Below are positions 1 through 12,445 of a DNA stretch of 64,000 nucleotides, piece after piece. The translations under genes were made by a program, and so were the position numbers. The notes under the pieces are model-generated. The model was not told the DNA's origin. It did not search any database and was given only the letters and a program-made list of their open reading frames with translations. The stretch comes from Alloascoidea hylecoeti. Its lineage: Eukaryota. Every line of letters starts with the position of its first letter. Positions within the stretch are counted from its first letter, which is position 1. The stretch covers positions 186,001-250,000 of the forward strand of contig BCKZ01000013.1 in the NCBI GenBank assembly GCA_001600815.1. Direction: 5' to 3'.

Positions 1-697
1 AAAATCATTAATGAATTCAAGAGAATGATAAACTTACCAGAAAATCAACATCAGTTGCGTTGGAACTCAACGAACGTAACTGTAGCATCAATCTAGATAA
101 AGCAGACTGCCCTATTTAATTATAGTTATTGTAGTTGTTAATTATTATTATATTTAAATAAATAGTATTCGTACCTTGAGAGTAGTTGATGGCAGTTGAA
201 GCGTTGATGGGGGCCCCAATGTCCTGGATCACAATTACTTTCAGACCATTGTTCAGATTGATATCCGCACCAATGGTTTTAAATTGTTCAGTAATCGCCC
301 CGGAGATGGAAGTGGTGTCAAGACAGATCAGCATCTTAACCCTGTTGAGGACAGACTCCACGGAACAAACGTTGCTGGAACTTGAGGTTTTAATGGCCCG
401 TCGTACTGTTTTAGCAACCCGGATGAAATCCTCTAAAGGAAAAGTAGCGGTTGTGTCGATCCATACGGCCTGTGCCTGACCGTTTGTGAACAATCTCCTT
501 GAAAGTGTCCAGAACGCACACTATTTATTATTAGATGATCATGGCGATGATCATGAAGATGATCAAATGGAGTTACTTACATGCAAACTGGCAGAAGCCT
601 GTTGACCAACCAACGACACCAAATTCCCACAGAACACCTCGGGGGTGGGGGCGGGGGCAGGAGGGAAGGTTGTGGGTTGAGGTATGGATGTGTTCAT
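1..697 (-). CDS. Rad51-paralog / RecA-fold protein (RAD51D/Shu-complex-like), spliced, continues beyond the window's left edge
   Basis: Exons 697-581, 520-175 and 111-38 join in frame across introns 580-521 (GTAAGT..TAG) and 174-112 (GTACGA..TAG); another GTAAGT donor lies at 37. Translation includes AVWIDTTATFP, VLNRVKMLICLD and GQSALSRLMLQLRSLS, which resemble fungal Rad51 paralogs. Walker A/B are degenerate. Confidence 0.6.
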
Positions 698-880
698 TAT
701 GGGGAGGTTTACATAAGTTAGTTGGGTCAACTACAAGTTAAGTACAAAACAATTGCATTCTTTATAAATATTTAATTTACTACTTTCACTACTCCCTCCC
801 AAAATTATATTCTTCACCACTTTTAAGACTCTGTCTTTATATAATTTATATCATCATATTCATATTCACCTAGTCATATA

Positions 881-1652
881 ATGTCGGACATAAAAGTCGC
901 CTCCTCTTCACAAGATGATAATGCGCAACCCGATAAGGATAGAGATGCCGTGACTTTGAAAACTCAAACAAACGAGAATGAAAATACTTCCCTCAACTCA
1001 GAATCTCATTCTCACAATCATGATGATTTTCAAAAGGCTTCTGCAATGAATTTAATTACTGATGATGATGGTTCAATAGTTGAACCTTCTGATCCTTCCG
1101 TTCCTATTCTAAATATATCTTTCTTACCTTTGAATGGTGAGCGCATTTACATTTCCTTAGATTCAAGATATATCCTAGCTCATAAATTGGATGTTAAGGA
1201 TCCACACCATATTACGATCGGAGCCTTAATAAGTTCACTTTTTAATGAATGGCCTAAAGGTATGTTTATATCATAAAATCGAGGTTGTTATTGTTTTTTT
1301 ATATTAACATGTCATTTTTAGAATGGGATAGTCGTCCAAGTAGTACCGAAAACATTAGGTTAATTTTCATGGGAAGACCACTTGATACCACCGGTACTAT
1401 TGAAGGTAAATATATCTATAAATAAATCAATACTTTTTTTTAAAATTTTTTACTAACTTTTTAATTTTTCAATAATTTTACGCAGATAATAATATTAAAG
1501 AGAATAGTATTATTCATTTATCAATAAGACCCGATTCATTTATTGTTGCAACTAAAACAAAATCAAGAAACAGAACTAAAACAAATACTGAATCAACTTC
1601 AAATGATGATGATGGTAATAATAATTCTGGATGTTGTTGTATTATTATGTAA
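881..1652 (+). CDS. UBL3: UBL3/MUB-type membrane-anchored ubiquitin-fold protein with C-terminal CAAX (3 exons)
   Basis: Exons 881-1259, 1322-1405 and 1486-1652; introns GTATGT..TAG and GTAAAT..TACTAAC..CAG. The spliced product contains EWPKEWDSRPSSTENIRLIFMGRPL and IIHLSIRP and ends GCCCIIM*. Confidence 0.8.
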
Positions 1653-3252
1653 TTATCATTTGGCCCTTTATTAAAAATTGAAAACAAATTTATATGATTA
1701 CAATTGATAGCTTATAAAAGGCTTTTAACAAATAAACAAATTTAATTAAACAAGATGATACAAGGCAATTATAAAAATGTTAACAAATAAAACAGATATA
1801 TAAATTTGAACAAAGAATAAAATTGATAATGTCATTCAATTAATGATCAATGAATTCCTACCACTTTTTTGATTCTCCTTTTCCTTTCGAATTCTTTATT
1901 TTTCTCTATCAATTGTTTCACATAACACCACGGCGCACGTTTAAATACATGGATGGTTTCTATTTTTTATATTTTATTCTTCATATTTCTTAAATATTTT
2001 ACTTAATCGCTCGCCCTTTTTTTTTTTTTTTAACCCTAGCCTTCCTTTTTTATTGCATTTTTGAATTCATTTTTGAATCGTTTTCTAATTCTTTAAATTT
2101 ACTGTTCTTTTATTTTTGATTTTAATTTAATTTATATTTTATTTTGATTTTTGAAAACTTGAAATTTAAAAATTTTATATTTTACAATTAAAAAATTAAT
2201 AATTTTGGTATTGTGTAATCTTATTATTCTTTTATATTATATTTTTTTATTAATGCTCTACCCATACTTAAGATTAATTTTAAAAAGTTTTAAAATTGTT
2301 ATATATAGTACAATTAAAAACATATTCTTGCAATTGTCATTAATTATTGTATTTGTGATTAATCATAGACTTGAAGCCAGCGCTTAAGCTTGAATTTGCA
2401 ATTGTTTAAATTTAGAAATTTAACTTTTTAAAATCTATTTATAGATACCGATATTGAATCTATTTACATATTTTATGTGAGCTTATGTATTCTAGTAAAG
2501 TACAGGGAGCGATTTTATGATATTATTCCTTTCGTTAAGGAAAAAAGGTCAAGAGAAAAGTATTTCTAAAATTTTGAAAATCTTGAAAACTTCGAAAAAT
2601 AAAAATATGAACCTTTGTTTTTTATAGATCGTCATGTGGGAACCCGATAATCCCCTCTAAGAATACAGGCGCCGTCTATTACAACAACTCCCTCAGCTGC
2701 AATAATGAGCATTTTGACCCTGAAATTGATTCTGTATTTTTAACCTTTTCTTTTACTGGATCTTCTGTAACACAGGGAGCACTCGATTGCAACAATTTGC
2801 TGTTAGACCAGTTAAGCCTTGCCAAAAACGTTTTCATATTTGTAGACAAATAATTGATCAGGTTGTGATGTGAGAAGTGAGTAAAATTCTTCCTAGACTT
2901 GTTCACCTTCTCCATAAGTTAGGCCCGGGTATTAGTTGCATCATCGATCTTTTTCCATTGGGATCACACACATTCCGATTAACTTCAAGCCTTTCTCAAG
3001 GGTAGCTTTATTAAGTAGTGATCCACCTTGTGTACCCATTTTACATTTAGAGTGTTTTCCTTATCTTGTAGCAACCACCCATGGTACTGCATATGGCTCC
3101 CAGAGACGCTTCTACAAAAGCGAAATGCAGTAAACATCATATCCGTGACAAAACCAGCACCTTTGTCAAGTTGAAGAAGCTAAATTAAAAGAAGGAGTAT
3201 TGTGTTGTTAGTTAATTGCGTGATTAAGTTATATATGTTTTTACAACTAAAT

Positions 3253-3726
3253 ACTTTTTTTTTTTTAGATTATGTAATATAATATAAATTTTGACCGGTT
3301 CGTATACATACTTAAGCTTAAGAAACACAAGTAATTTCTTAATATGAAGATGCGCATATACATATTTAGCCTATATGTATATGCACATATGAAGATTTAC
3401 TGTATGTGGTAATGCCCTAAGTATGTTGGATAACATGCGGGGTAAGGAAAAGGTTCATATTTGAATTTAACACGCCTCCTTAACGTAATTCAATATAATC
3501 AAAATAAGAGGATAGTAATATTTATTTCCTGTATATTTATCCGTGTTTGTCTTTGAATTGTCATTTAGGGTTGCTGGTGGTTGACCGTGTTGGATCAAAA
3601 AAGGTTGTTAGGAATGCACCTATATGCGAGTTATTTTAGATGATTGCATTAATTGAAGATTTAATTACATGCAATTATTTGATTACATAAGCCGGTCAAA
3701 ATTTGTATTACATAATCCAAAAAAGT
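3253..3726. mobile_element. MITE-like element bounded by ~35-45 bp imperfect terminal inverted repeats
   Basis: Left end 3253-3298 (ac + T-run + agattatgtaatataatataaattttgaccgg) matches the reverse complement of 3692-3726 (acttttttggattatgtaatacaaattttgaccgg). The interior is non-coding. Confidence 0.5.
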
Positions 3727-4039
3727 GAAAGTAAAAACATCCCGGAAGTTAGAATTGTAATTTACGGATATTTGCATTAGATGAATTTTTGGAATTTCCC
3801 AAAGTTTAAAAAAATACTTCATTCAGTTAACACCACAGTTATCATATGAAGGATCAATTCAAGGGATGTTCCTGAATCCTGATAGACTACTTTTCAAATC
3901 TTAACCTGTGATATAGAGAGCCACCTACTGGGTTTTGGTTATTTGTCTTTTATCTTACGTATACATTGTTTTAATAAACTTTACTTTCATTTCCAAAACT
4001 ATTTACTTTCACTGATCATAAAAATGATCATGATTTTTC

Positions 4040-4280
4040 TATTTAAGAGTGAATACACCATGTATCTCTCATCATGAATTCATTTTGCAAGAGGTACCCA
4101 AAACAACTTTCAAGGGCCAACTGAAGAGAGAAACTACCAATAAATGGAGCATTGGCAAAACCGTCCACACTTTTCAAGTGAAGAGGAGGAATCTTTGAAT
4201 AAATTTATTAACGAGCGAGTTTAAAAGGCGATTGGTTAACTCAGAAGCAGCTCATTGACCTTGTTTGACAACTAAAAAGT
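4040..4280 (+). pseudogene. Degenerate pogo/Fot1-type transposase N-terminal (HTH/CENP-B) remnant
   Basis: Frame pieces EVPKTTFKGQLK, PHFSSEEEESLNKFI and LTQKQLIDLV parallel KVPRTTIQGRLK, LLDCEEEKILVSRL and TLGRFMELV in the 9251 ORF; interrupted by stops and frameshifts. Confidence 0.35.
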
Positions 4281-4755
4281 CTATGCATAGCTAATTATAA
4301 GTTTACCATATATTTTAACGAATAAACCATTTGTAATAAGAACAATCAAATTAACATTAACATCATTGATATAATACTTTACTTATATATCATATACATA
4401 TATTATATATGTTACAATCATATATCGACTAATGAATTATAATCGATTAAAATACATTTTTTTCCTTTTAATTTTGTTGCTTTCAATTTAATTTCAATTG
4501 CATTGTACAATTAGTAAATCAATTTAATATCGAATAGTATTAATTTAAAGCTTTTAAATATGATCCCCAATCTCAATCAACAATAATCATCATCCTCAAT
4601 ATTATACAATTCTTTCAGTTATAATATTCCATGATTTTTTAAAAAAGAAAATTTAAAGAAAGGAAGAGGAAATAAAACATTTCAATTAATCATATTTGTA
4701 CAATTGAAATTTTTTAGTTCAATTATAATCAATATCTCGCCTCTTTACATTAAAA

Positions 4756-7346
4756 TCATTTATCATCAAATTTCTTAAACCCCCTTGTTAAATCAACATC
4801 TTTTAAATCCCCTAAAGCTCCATCACTTTTATCGCCACTATCTTTATTCTCTTCTGCTTTTCTTTTCTTTGCACTACTTATCGTAGGACTTGAGAACTTT
4901 GTAGGACTCAAATTATTTGCACGTGCTGGAGTAGAAGACAATTGAATAAATCTCCAAAAAGCAGGTGATGAACCTGGTAAACCATAAGAATTCACTGTAC
5001 CTTGTTGTTGTGGCTGTGTTGATGTCATTGTAGGCAAAGGTGGTGGTAATGATGGATTATTACTTAACGCTAATTTATTTTGAAATTGTCCTGTAATACT
5101 ACGTGCGGGTGTTCGCATAATACTGTTATTATTCCCATTGTCTCCATTGTTGTCGTTTAAAGCATTATTACTGGATTTATTATTATCATTGTCATTGTTA
5201 TTATTATTACTATTGTTCTGCAAACTTCTACCCCGTTCAGGTGTATACGCTTCTAATTGTGTTACTCTTTTTGTAGGTGATGATGTAATGAAATTCAATG
5301 AAATTCCTTCATTAACACCTAAAGCATATTGATCTGAAAATGTAATATCTTGGTATGGCATTGTGGAACTTGTCTTACTTGTTTTACTTGGTGTTATAAA
5401 TTCAGGTGTCGTTTGAAGCATTGATGTAGATGATGTAGCAGCAGCAGTACTTAAAGCACTTGCAGTTGTTGATAATGCTTCTAAGCTTTGAAGATCAGTT
5501 GATCTCGTAGTTGGATTTTGTTGTTGCTGTTTCATATATTCTGGTGAATTGGGTTCTTTCAATAGTGGATCTGTCTTTAGATATTGTTGGGTTTGTCTTT
5601 GAACTTCAGTTTGTGGTATTTGATTATTCCCATTAAGGTTTTGAAAATTAATATATAAATTGCTCCCATTAGAACCATTACTATCATCATTATTATTATC
5701 ACTAACCCCATTATTATTAGGATCAGCTGGAACAGGTAAAGATTGATGTTTTGATAAATGTAATTGAAGTTGTCTGCTAACACTCGTACCTCTTTTACTT
5801 CTACCAATTTGTCCATCATTATTCTTCTTTAAAAATTCTTCTTTATAATTCTCAGATATTTGCCATTTCATACCTTTACCAGGTTCATTTGCTTTCCTTG
5901 GTCTTTTTTCAAACGCTTTATTTAATGATAAATTATGTCTAATTGAATTTTGCCATCCACTTTTTGCATGCCTATAAAATGAAAAATTTGTTGATATATA
6001 GTTATAGATTTCTGATAATGACATCATTCCTTCAGGGTTTGATAATATTGCTCTTGTTATCATTGTTGCGTAACTATAAGGAGGTTTAATATCTCTCGAA
6101 TCATCTCGGCTTAAATCTTGATTTAAAACACCATTTACTGATGCCATACCTCGAACCTGAGGTCTTGAAACCATAGCAAAGCTACGAAATCCTTGGTGTT
6201 GTCCAGTAGTTGTATTATTATTATTACTATTAGTAGTAGTAGTGGTTGGAGTATCAGGCTGAACACTCTGTTGTTTTTGTCTGGGTGCTAAACTGTCATC
6301 AGTTTGGGGCGATTGAGAGCCATTTCCAATTAGAATGTGTTGTTGGGGTTTCTGACCATTTAAACTCATATCTAAAGTCCTAGCTCTTTTAAATGGGCCT
6401 GAAATATTATTATTATTAGCATTCGTATTTCCATTTCCATTAATATTCCCTCGTAAGAAATTATGTTGTTGTTGTTTTGAACTTCTAATCTTAGTATCAA
6501 AACTTTTAATCATAACCTTTGAAATAGTTGGAAAAACATCAGGTAAAACAAACATCATTTGAATTCCACCAATATCTATTATATTCCCACTTTTCAATTC
6601 AACAGTTGATGATTTATAAGTAATTTTATCAATTTTAACACCGTTTCTGCCAAGAATTTCTAATTCCCAAAATCTTGATTCTAGGTTATATTTTATTAAT
6701 GCATGGTTTCTACTAACAACTTTTGCAGGTCCGAAATCAATATCAACTTTCTTTTCATTAGGTTGGATTGGATCCGATGATCTTCCAATGGTTATATTTA
6801 AACTTTTAACATAATATGTCCATGATGATCCTATAATATAATAATATAAAGTAATTAGTAAGTATTTCAAATAAACATGGGATAACCTAAAATAAATTAA
6901 GTTACAGAACCAAAAAAAAAAAATGATTTACTTACCTGCCAATTTGGCATATGCTTGAACCTCTGATTCTGTAGTTTTATCATTTGAATAATCAACTGCT
7001 GCTTGAACAGTTTGATCCGGTAAAGATAAATGTGATATTATAGTATTAATAAACTCATTTGGATCATCGCATTGTATATCAGACTATTATAAAAAATTAG
7101 TACTTGATGAATATGTTCAAAACAAAACAAAAGGCTTATCGATTTATATCATTCTTTTTTATTTTTAAATATACTTACATTTGTAGTTCTTTGTAATGGG
7201 GATTGTTCAAATTCTGGATTTTGTAAGGAAGTTACATCATATATAGGTAATGGACCATTGCCATTTGTATTGAGTGTGTCATCTTTTGTCATTTCACTTA
7301 CTGATCGTTTCATTTGTAGAGATGTTATTTTTTGAACTGATAGCAT
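4756..7346 (-). CDS. FKH2: Forkhead transcription factor with FHA domain (Fkh1/Fkh2 type), 3 exons
   Basis: Exons 7346-7179, 7083-6936 and 6830-4756; both introns GTAAGT..TAG. FHA: EVQAYAKLAG/SSWTYYVK..IGR..DIDFGPAKVVSRNHA..GRNG. Forkhead: KPPYSYATMI..GWQNSIRHNLSLNKAF..GKGMKW. Confidence 0.92.
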
Positions 7347-7951
7347 AAAGAAATATCAAAAATGTGAAATGTAAAATATTAATATTAATAATTGAGAATA
7401 TAGTAGTACTAATCAAATTTTTCAAAAGGAGATAATTGTCGTTTTCGTGATTGATTGTTTATTTGTACAGGATATGCTTATATTGTCTGTTACTTTTAAT
7501 GTGGAGAATAATTTGTTGTTGAATAGCAAATAATAAAAGATGTTCACTTTCTAACTGTCACCGCAGCAGCCAAAAGTATTTATAGCAAATATAATTTCTT
7601 TTCTTTCTTCTTACTTTAAATTTGAATGTTACCAAAAATTTATTGAAACAAATATGTTGAGAAAATAATCTGAAACAAATCGTCGTGTTGTATGCAAAAA
7701 TATAAGCAATTAAACAATGTTTTTGTCCCACTTTTAGAAAGGTAAAAAAAACAAAAAAAAATAGATAGGTTTGCGGTAAGTCCAGGAATAGTACTAATCC
7801 ACTATGATAAAAGTACAAAAACAGACGAGTTCTTAAATGTTAAATAAATAAAGTCTTCTCTGAGAAGTTTATAACCAAAGAGAAAAAGATAAGTATAAAT
7901 TTAAAGCTTTTTTTAAAGTAGAGTATTGTCAAATCAACAATGGGAAGGTTT

Positions 7952-7990
7952 TGTTTACGTTTTTCGATTTCTCGTCATAAAGACGGGTAA
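7952..7990. promoter_or_regulatory. Forkhead site (TGTTTAC) and Reb1-like site (CGGGTAA) upstream of the FKH gene
   Basis: TGTTTAC at 7952-7958 and CGGGTAA at 7984-7990; short motif matches only. Confidence 0.3.
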
Positions 7991-9250
7991 CCCCAGAGAC
8001 AATCAGCTGCAGAATTCGTAAAGTTGCCGTTTTAGGTTGCTTCGCTGCAGCTCACAGCACTTTTTAAGGAAACGCGATTTTCACTTACTATTTATGGAAG
8101 TTATCAACCGTCTAAAATTTATAAAATTTAACATAATATGTCAAACTATAGCAATCTATGATTCATCTTTATAATTTTTACCGTTCTCAGTTCCTGTTTA
8201 GAATGGATTCCTACAGCCATAACTGATGCATCCATTTGCCATTTAAACTATGTCGTTACCGAATTACTTCTCCTCTTGAACTTTAGACTAATTATAACTT
8301 TTCTCAAGCTTATTAGATTAGAGATGAGTGCTGTAAACCTTGAAATTTTACAATTTATAGTAAAGATATTCCATGCCTATGATTTGTTGAACCATGTAAA
8401 GTTAATCTTGATAATTCTCACCTTACAAAAGTTGTTATATTGTTGAAATAAACGTTATATACTTCCTTAGTTAATAAATCAACAACTTCAATAAATCTAA
8501 TCATGACAGTTATTAATATTAATTATAGCTTTTATAGCTATTCGTTAAGTCACTTTTATAATTAGGTACGAAGTGCAAAATACAAAGTATAATGGGTAAG
8601 TTTGACTGGACACAATTCGCTAAACATCTTGTTTTCTTATACCTGTATAATTAAGTTAAATCAATACTAGTATGGGTAATATACCCTATTTCTTTCTTTC
8701 ATCCTAGTTTTAACTACTAAAAGTAGTACACATTATATTAATCTAATTGACTATGTGTTTGATAGTAGTATCGTAGATGGCATATCGCCGAGCTTGGACA
8801 TTTTCGCTAGGATCGGCCTTGAGTGTAGCTTCAGAATTAATATTGGCGAGCACGATCGATTAAAATTTTCAAAGCTGGTGAGATCGGGGCCTGCACAGTA
8901 AATTTTGGACCTGACGACTCGCGCGTCGAGCTTGAGTTAAGCACAAAATCACAGTCATAAAATTAGCGAGCTCATGCCAGCCTCATGCCGACCTCAATTA
9001 CTAACTGGCGACCCTATAAAATGTTTTGATCGTGCCTCAAGCCAAAATATTTTAGTTGATGCGTGGCTTGTAAAAATATAGTGAAATTTGTTCAACGTGA
9101 TTATTACACATTTAAATAATACTGCATAACGTGACTTCCTCGTAATTCGGCAGATTTTCGTTGATCGGCATCCAAAAATAAGACATTCTTATAAACTAAA
9201 TACATTATTTTATCTTTATCACTCTAGCTACATGTACTAGTATCATCATA

Positions 9251-9979
9251 ATGTCTAGCACTCCAAGAACGTTAAACCCTATATACAAGAAATACACAGA
9301 AAGGGATATTCAGGCTTGTCTCCTTGAAGTGCATCGTTATCCAAAAAGATCACTTTCACAAATTTGTAGAAATCACAAAGTACCTCGAACCACCATTCAA
9401 GGTCGACTTAAAGGAACGCCCTCGAAGAAAACAACAATTGAAAAAAGGCAGCTCCTAGATTGTGAGGAAGAAAAAATCTTAGTTTCCCGTCTTTTGGAAC
9501 TATCGGAGTTTGGTTGTGCTGCCACCTTAGGAAGGTTTATGGAGCTTGTTGATGAACTTATTCTGCAAAGGAATAAAGAAGAACCTGCTCGAGATTTACC
9601 ACCACGACGCGAAGATAATGGTCATTTTGTTTCTCCAACTTGGTACTTCAAATTCTTACAAAGAAATCCTACTATTACATTCAAAAAAGGCCGCAAGTTG
9701 AATGGACGTCGGTTCGTGGCGAAAGATGAAAGAGGGGCGCACAGGAGGGGACATACAGAAGAAAATCTGGAACAACCCAGCACGAACTTTTTCGACGGAG
9801 TAACCCCGCAGCAGTTACTTAATAATACTAAAAATAAAGAATACAGAGATAAATATTTTACAAGTTGGCGTAAATGGATTGCTAGTTCATCTTTGAATGA
9901 TGGTGATGCCCTTGATGAAATTCAGATGGTGGATCTAATGGAGAAGACTATCACTCTAGTTCATAGCCAGGAAAAGTGA
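9251..9979 (+). mobile_element. pogo/Fot1 (Tc1-mariner superfamily) transposase derivative: HTH_psq + CENP-B-type HTH ORF lacking the DDE domain
   Basis: 242-aa open frame with SLSQICRNHKVPRTTIQGRLKG, LLDCEEEKILVSRL and VSPTWYFKFLQRNP; no DDE motifs follow. Candidate left TIR at 9127-9172 (TA|ACGTGACTTCCTCG.. with two TCGGCA repeats). Confidence 0.8.
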
Positions 9980-10989
9980 AAGTGACTAGATGTAATGTAG
10001 AGGGAAACGCTAATCATACGGGTAAACCAGCTTCGGTTAGAAAAAGAAATTATCATTTTTACTTGACATGATGAAGTCTATATGAATGTCTAGATGGGTT
10101 GGAAAATATATAAACGGCCACATTGGCGAAACAATATCGAAGGAATACGATACCAGAAAACATGAGTATTGATGTAATTATAAACTTAGTAATTATCTTC
10201 GATGCTTTATGACTTTGTATGACTTTATAATATGATTGAGTTTTAGAGAAGCCAAATGTTTGGCTATGGCTATCTTAGTTGTGTTTGGGTTTTTTAGAAA
10301 GATAGTATTAAAGTACAGGATAACTAGATGGAAAAATGTTATTTAAAAAATCACGGGAATGCCTCTGATGGAATGGTAAAATATATTGCTTAATAAACTT
10401 ATAAAAGATGTCCTGTATTTGCACAATTTGCATTGTATGAAGCGTACTTAATAATCCATAGCCTCCCCCAATTAGTGTCATTGAAGGTGACCCACACATT
10501 TGGTGATAGTCAGACTACTATTGAAATGAATAAAATAAAATATAAAATGAGTACTTCTCTTGACCGGCTAAATTCTGAGCTGATGTAGCTGAGACGGTTA
10601 GTGTGTCATGGTCGTTTTGGTTCCGGGTTCTTGGTGTTACGTTGATATCGATATCGATTTCATGCAGCTGGTTACTACATATTCGCAATCCATAGTATAT
10701 GGGGCAATAAATTTAAACACATTTAGAAACTCTTTCCAAATATCATCACTTGGAGACTTAAGAAAATCGAGAGCTCCTAATGAATTTAAGCTCATACCTC
10801 TATCTTTCAATTGGCCATATAACTATGGAGAGCAAAGTTGCAACATGGTAACGAGACTGGTATATAAAGTACACTATGACCATATAACTCTAGCTAGTCT
10901 TAAACTTAATATTTCATTTGCATATAAAAGCGTAAATCTCTTCTTCTTCCATAATCAACTTCACAATTACAACGATTATATTTAGTGAT

Positions 10990-11406
10990 ATGCCAGCCTC
11001 ATCTCAAACCCCTACGTTGGCAGAGGCCACACCAGATTATGAAGCTTTGGAACGAGAATTTCAACAATCGTGGTTATATCAATTATTTATTATTAGTTTT
11101 ATTATTGGTTCAATAGCACTTTATAAATACCCCATCATGACTGTGAATGTACTTATTGGAGCCGCGATTCTCCTCTTGTTAGGCACATTGTTTGCTTCTT
11201 TGAATTTGCCACCAGAAACAGCAACGGACTTCATTGGATGGTTTTATAGGAATAAGAATGTAGGTGATTATATCACCTTTTTATTTTTCTTGATAGCTAT
11301 TAGACTGGCTCTATCGAACGTGTTTTTTCTTGAAGTATTAGACACTCTGTTTAGTGAAGCGCCATCACCGAGTTCAACTCAGCCGAATTTAAATGTGCAA
11401 AATTGA
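10990..11406 (+). CDS. Hypothetical small membrane protein (about 3 hydrophobic segments)
   Basis: 138-aa ATG ORF with TATAAAAG about 65 bp upstream and alternating hydrophobic stretches; family not recognised. Confidence 0.55.
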   Translation: MPASSQTPTLAEATPDYEALEREFQQSWLYQLFIISFIIGSIALYKYPIMTVNVLIGAAILLLLGTLFASLNLPPETATDFIGWFYRNKNVGDYITFLFFLIAIRLALSNVFFLEVLDTLFSEAPSPSSTQPNLNVQN

Positions 11407-12269
11407 TAGTACACAACCACAAACGCACTCCTTTTCTTTATTTTGCTGGATACCAAACTGGAGGATAAAAATAGCTAATTGCTGCAATTGAGAATATCAT
11501 GATCATGGAAATAAGTATATGAATATTCTACAATTTATTTATTTTGTTTATACGCGTATACACCCCTATTTTTGCAAATACCGAAGATGAAAAAGATACC
11601 ACTTTTTAATCGCATTTGAAGATATCATGGAAGTATGGTCTGGATTTAATGGCAATATTGTTGATACATATATTTGATTGGCATTACAGCGGTTTTAACT
11701 TAACAGCTAAGTACACATACAAACTAGTTTATTTAGTATTGATGGGATGATCATGTTTAAGATGTGACCATACACTATGGTTTTCCCCAATTAACATTGC
11801 AAATATACTACCAGTGCTACCACACAATTAATAATACTCTATATCAGTTCGCGTGTAATAGAGCTTCAGCATCCAAAATAATCAATTTATAATTATATAT
11901 TTAGTCATTCTAAAGCAGATATAACCGTGTATAATAAGTTTCAAGAATATCCATATTTTCAGTTGTGGATATAGCTTTGGAATGCTTGAAACTAGTTCCA
12001 CATACGGAAATTAGAAATAGAAGTTTGAAATAATAGGGAAATATATGAGTAAAATCGTCAAATGGGCTCACTGAAAATAAGATAACCAGGTAGCTTTTGA
12101 TGAATCATTATTGCCCCGATAATATAAGTTTTAAGATAATAAATAAAAAGTAGCTTTAGATGTTAAAGAAATGAAGGAAACAGAGAAATTGATGAATATT
12201 TATATTAAAATGTGTGCTATAGAAAATCCCAAAATTGTATCTAATATTTGGTAGCCGTCAACATTATAA

Positions 12270-12445
12270 AGGCATTACAAATTGGCAGAAGAAAAGATTC
12301 GAGAAGCATTGCTACCGTACAATTTAATATTTAATTTATCAAAATGAGCAACGGGGACTTTTAATGGAACTGGGTTCATATTGTTAATCATTATTCGAGA
12401 TTAATGTTTCCTCCTTTAAGTAAGCATGAAATTTGAAAGAAATGT
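12270..12445 (+). pseudogene. Possible non-LTR retrotransposon ORF1 remnant
   Basis: Translation KIREALLPYNLIFNLSK*ATGTFNGTGFILL..FPPLSKHEI resembles the L..yG....G.F.G.G..L....L.H.I pattern recalled for fungal L1-like ORF1 proteins; contains stops. Confidence 0.25.

Noticed and set aside
2679..3180. Short ORFs in a locally GC-richer tract
   Set aside because: Possibly a TE relic, but no recognisable motif in the frames examined.
8974..8986. 13-nt identity (atgccagcctcat) with the start of the 10990 ORF
   Set aside because: No homology extends beyond the 13-mer; treated as chance.
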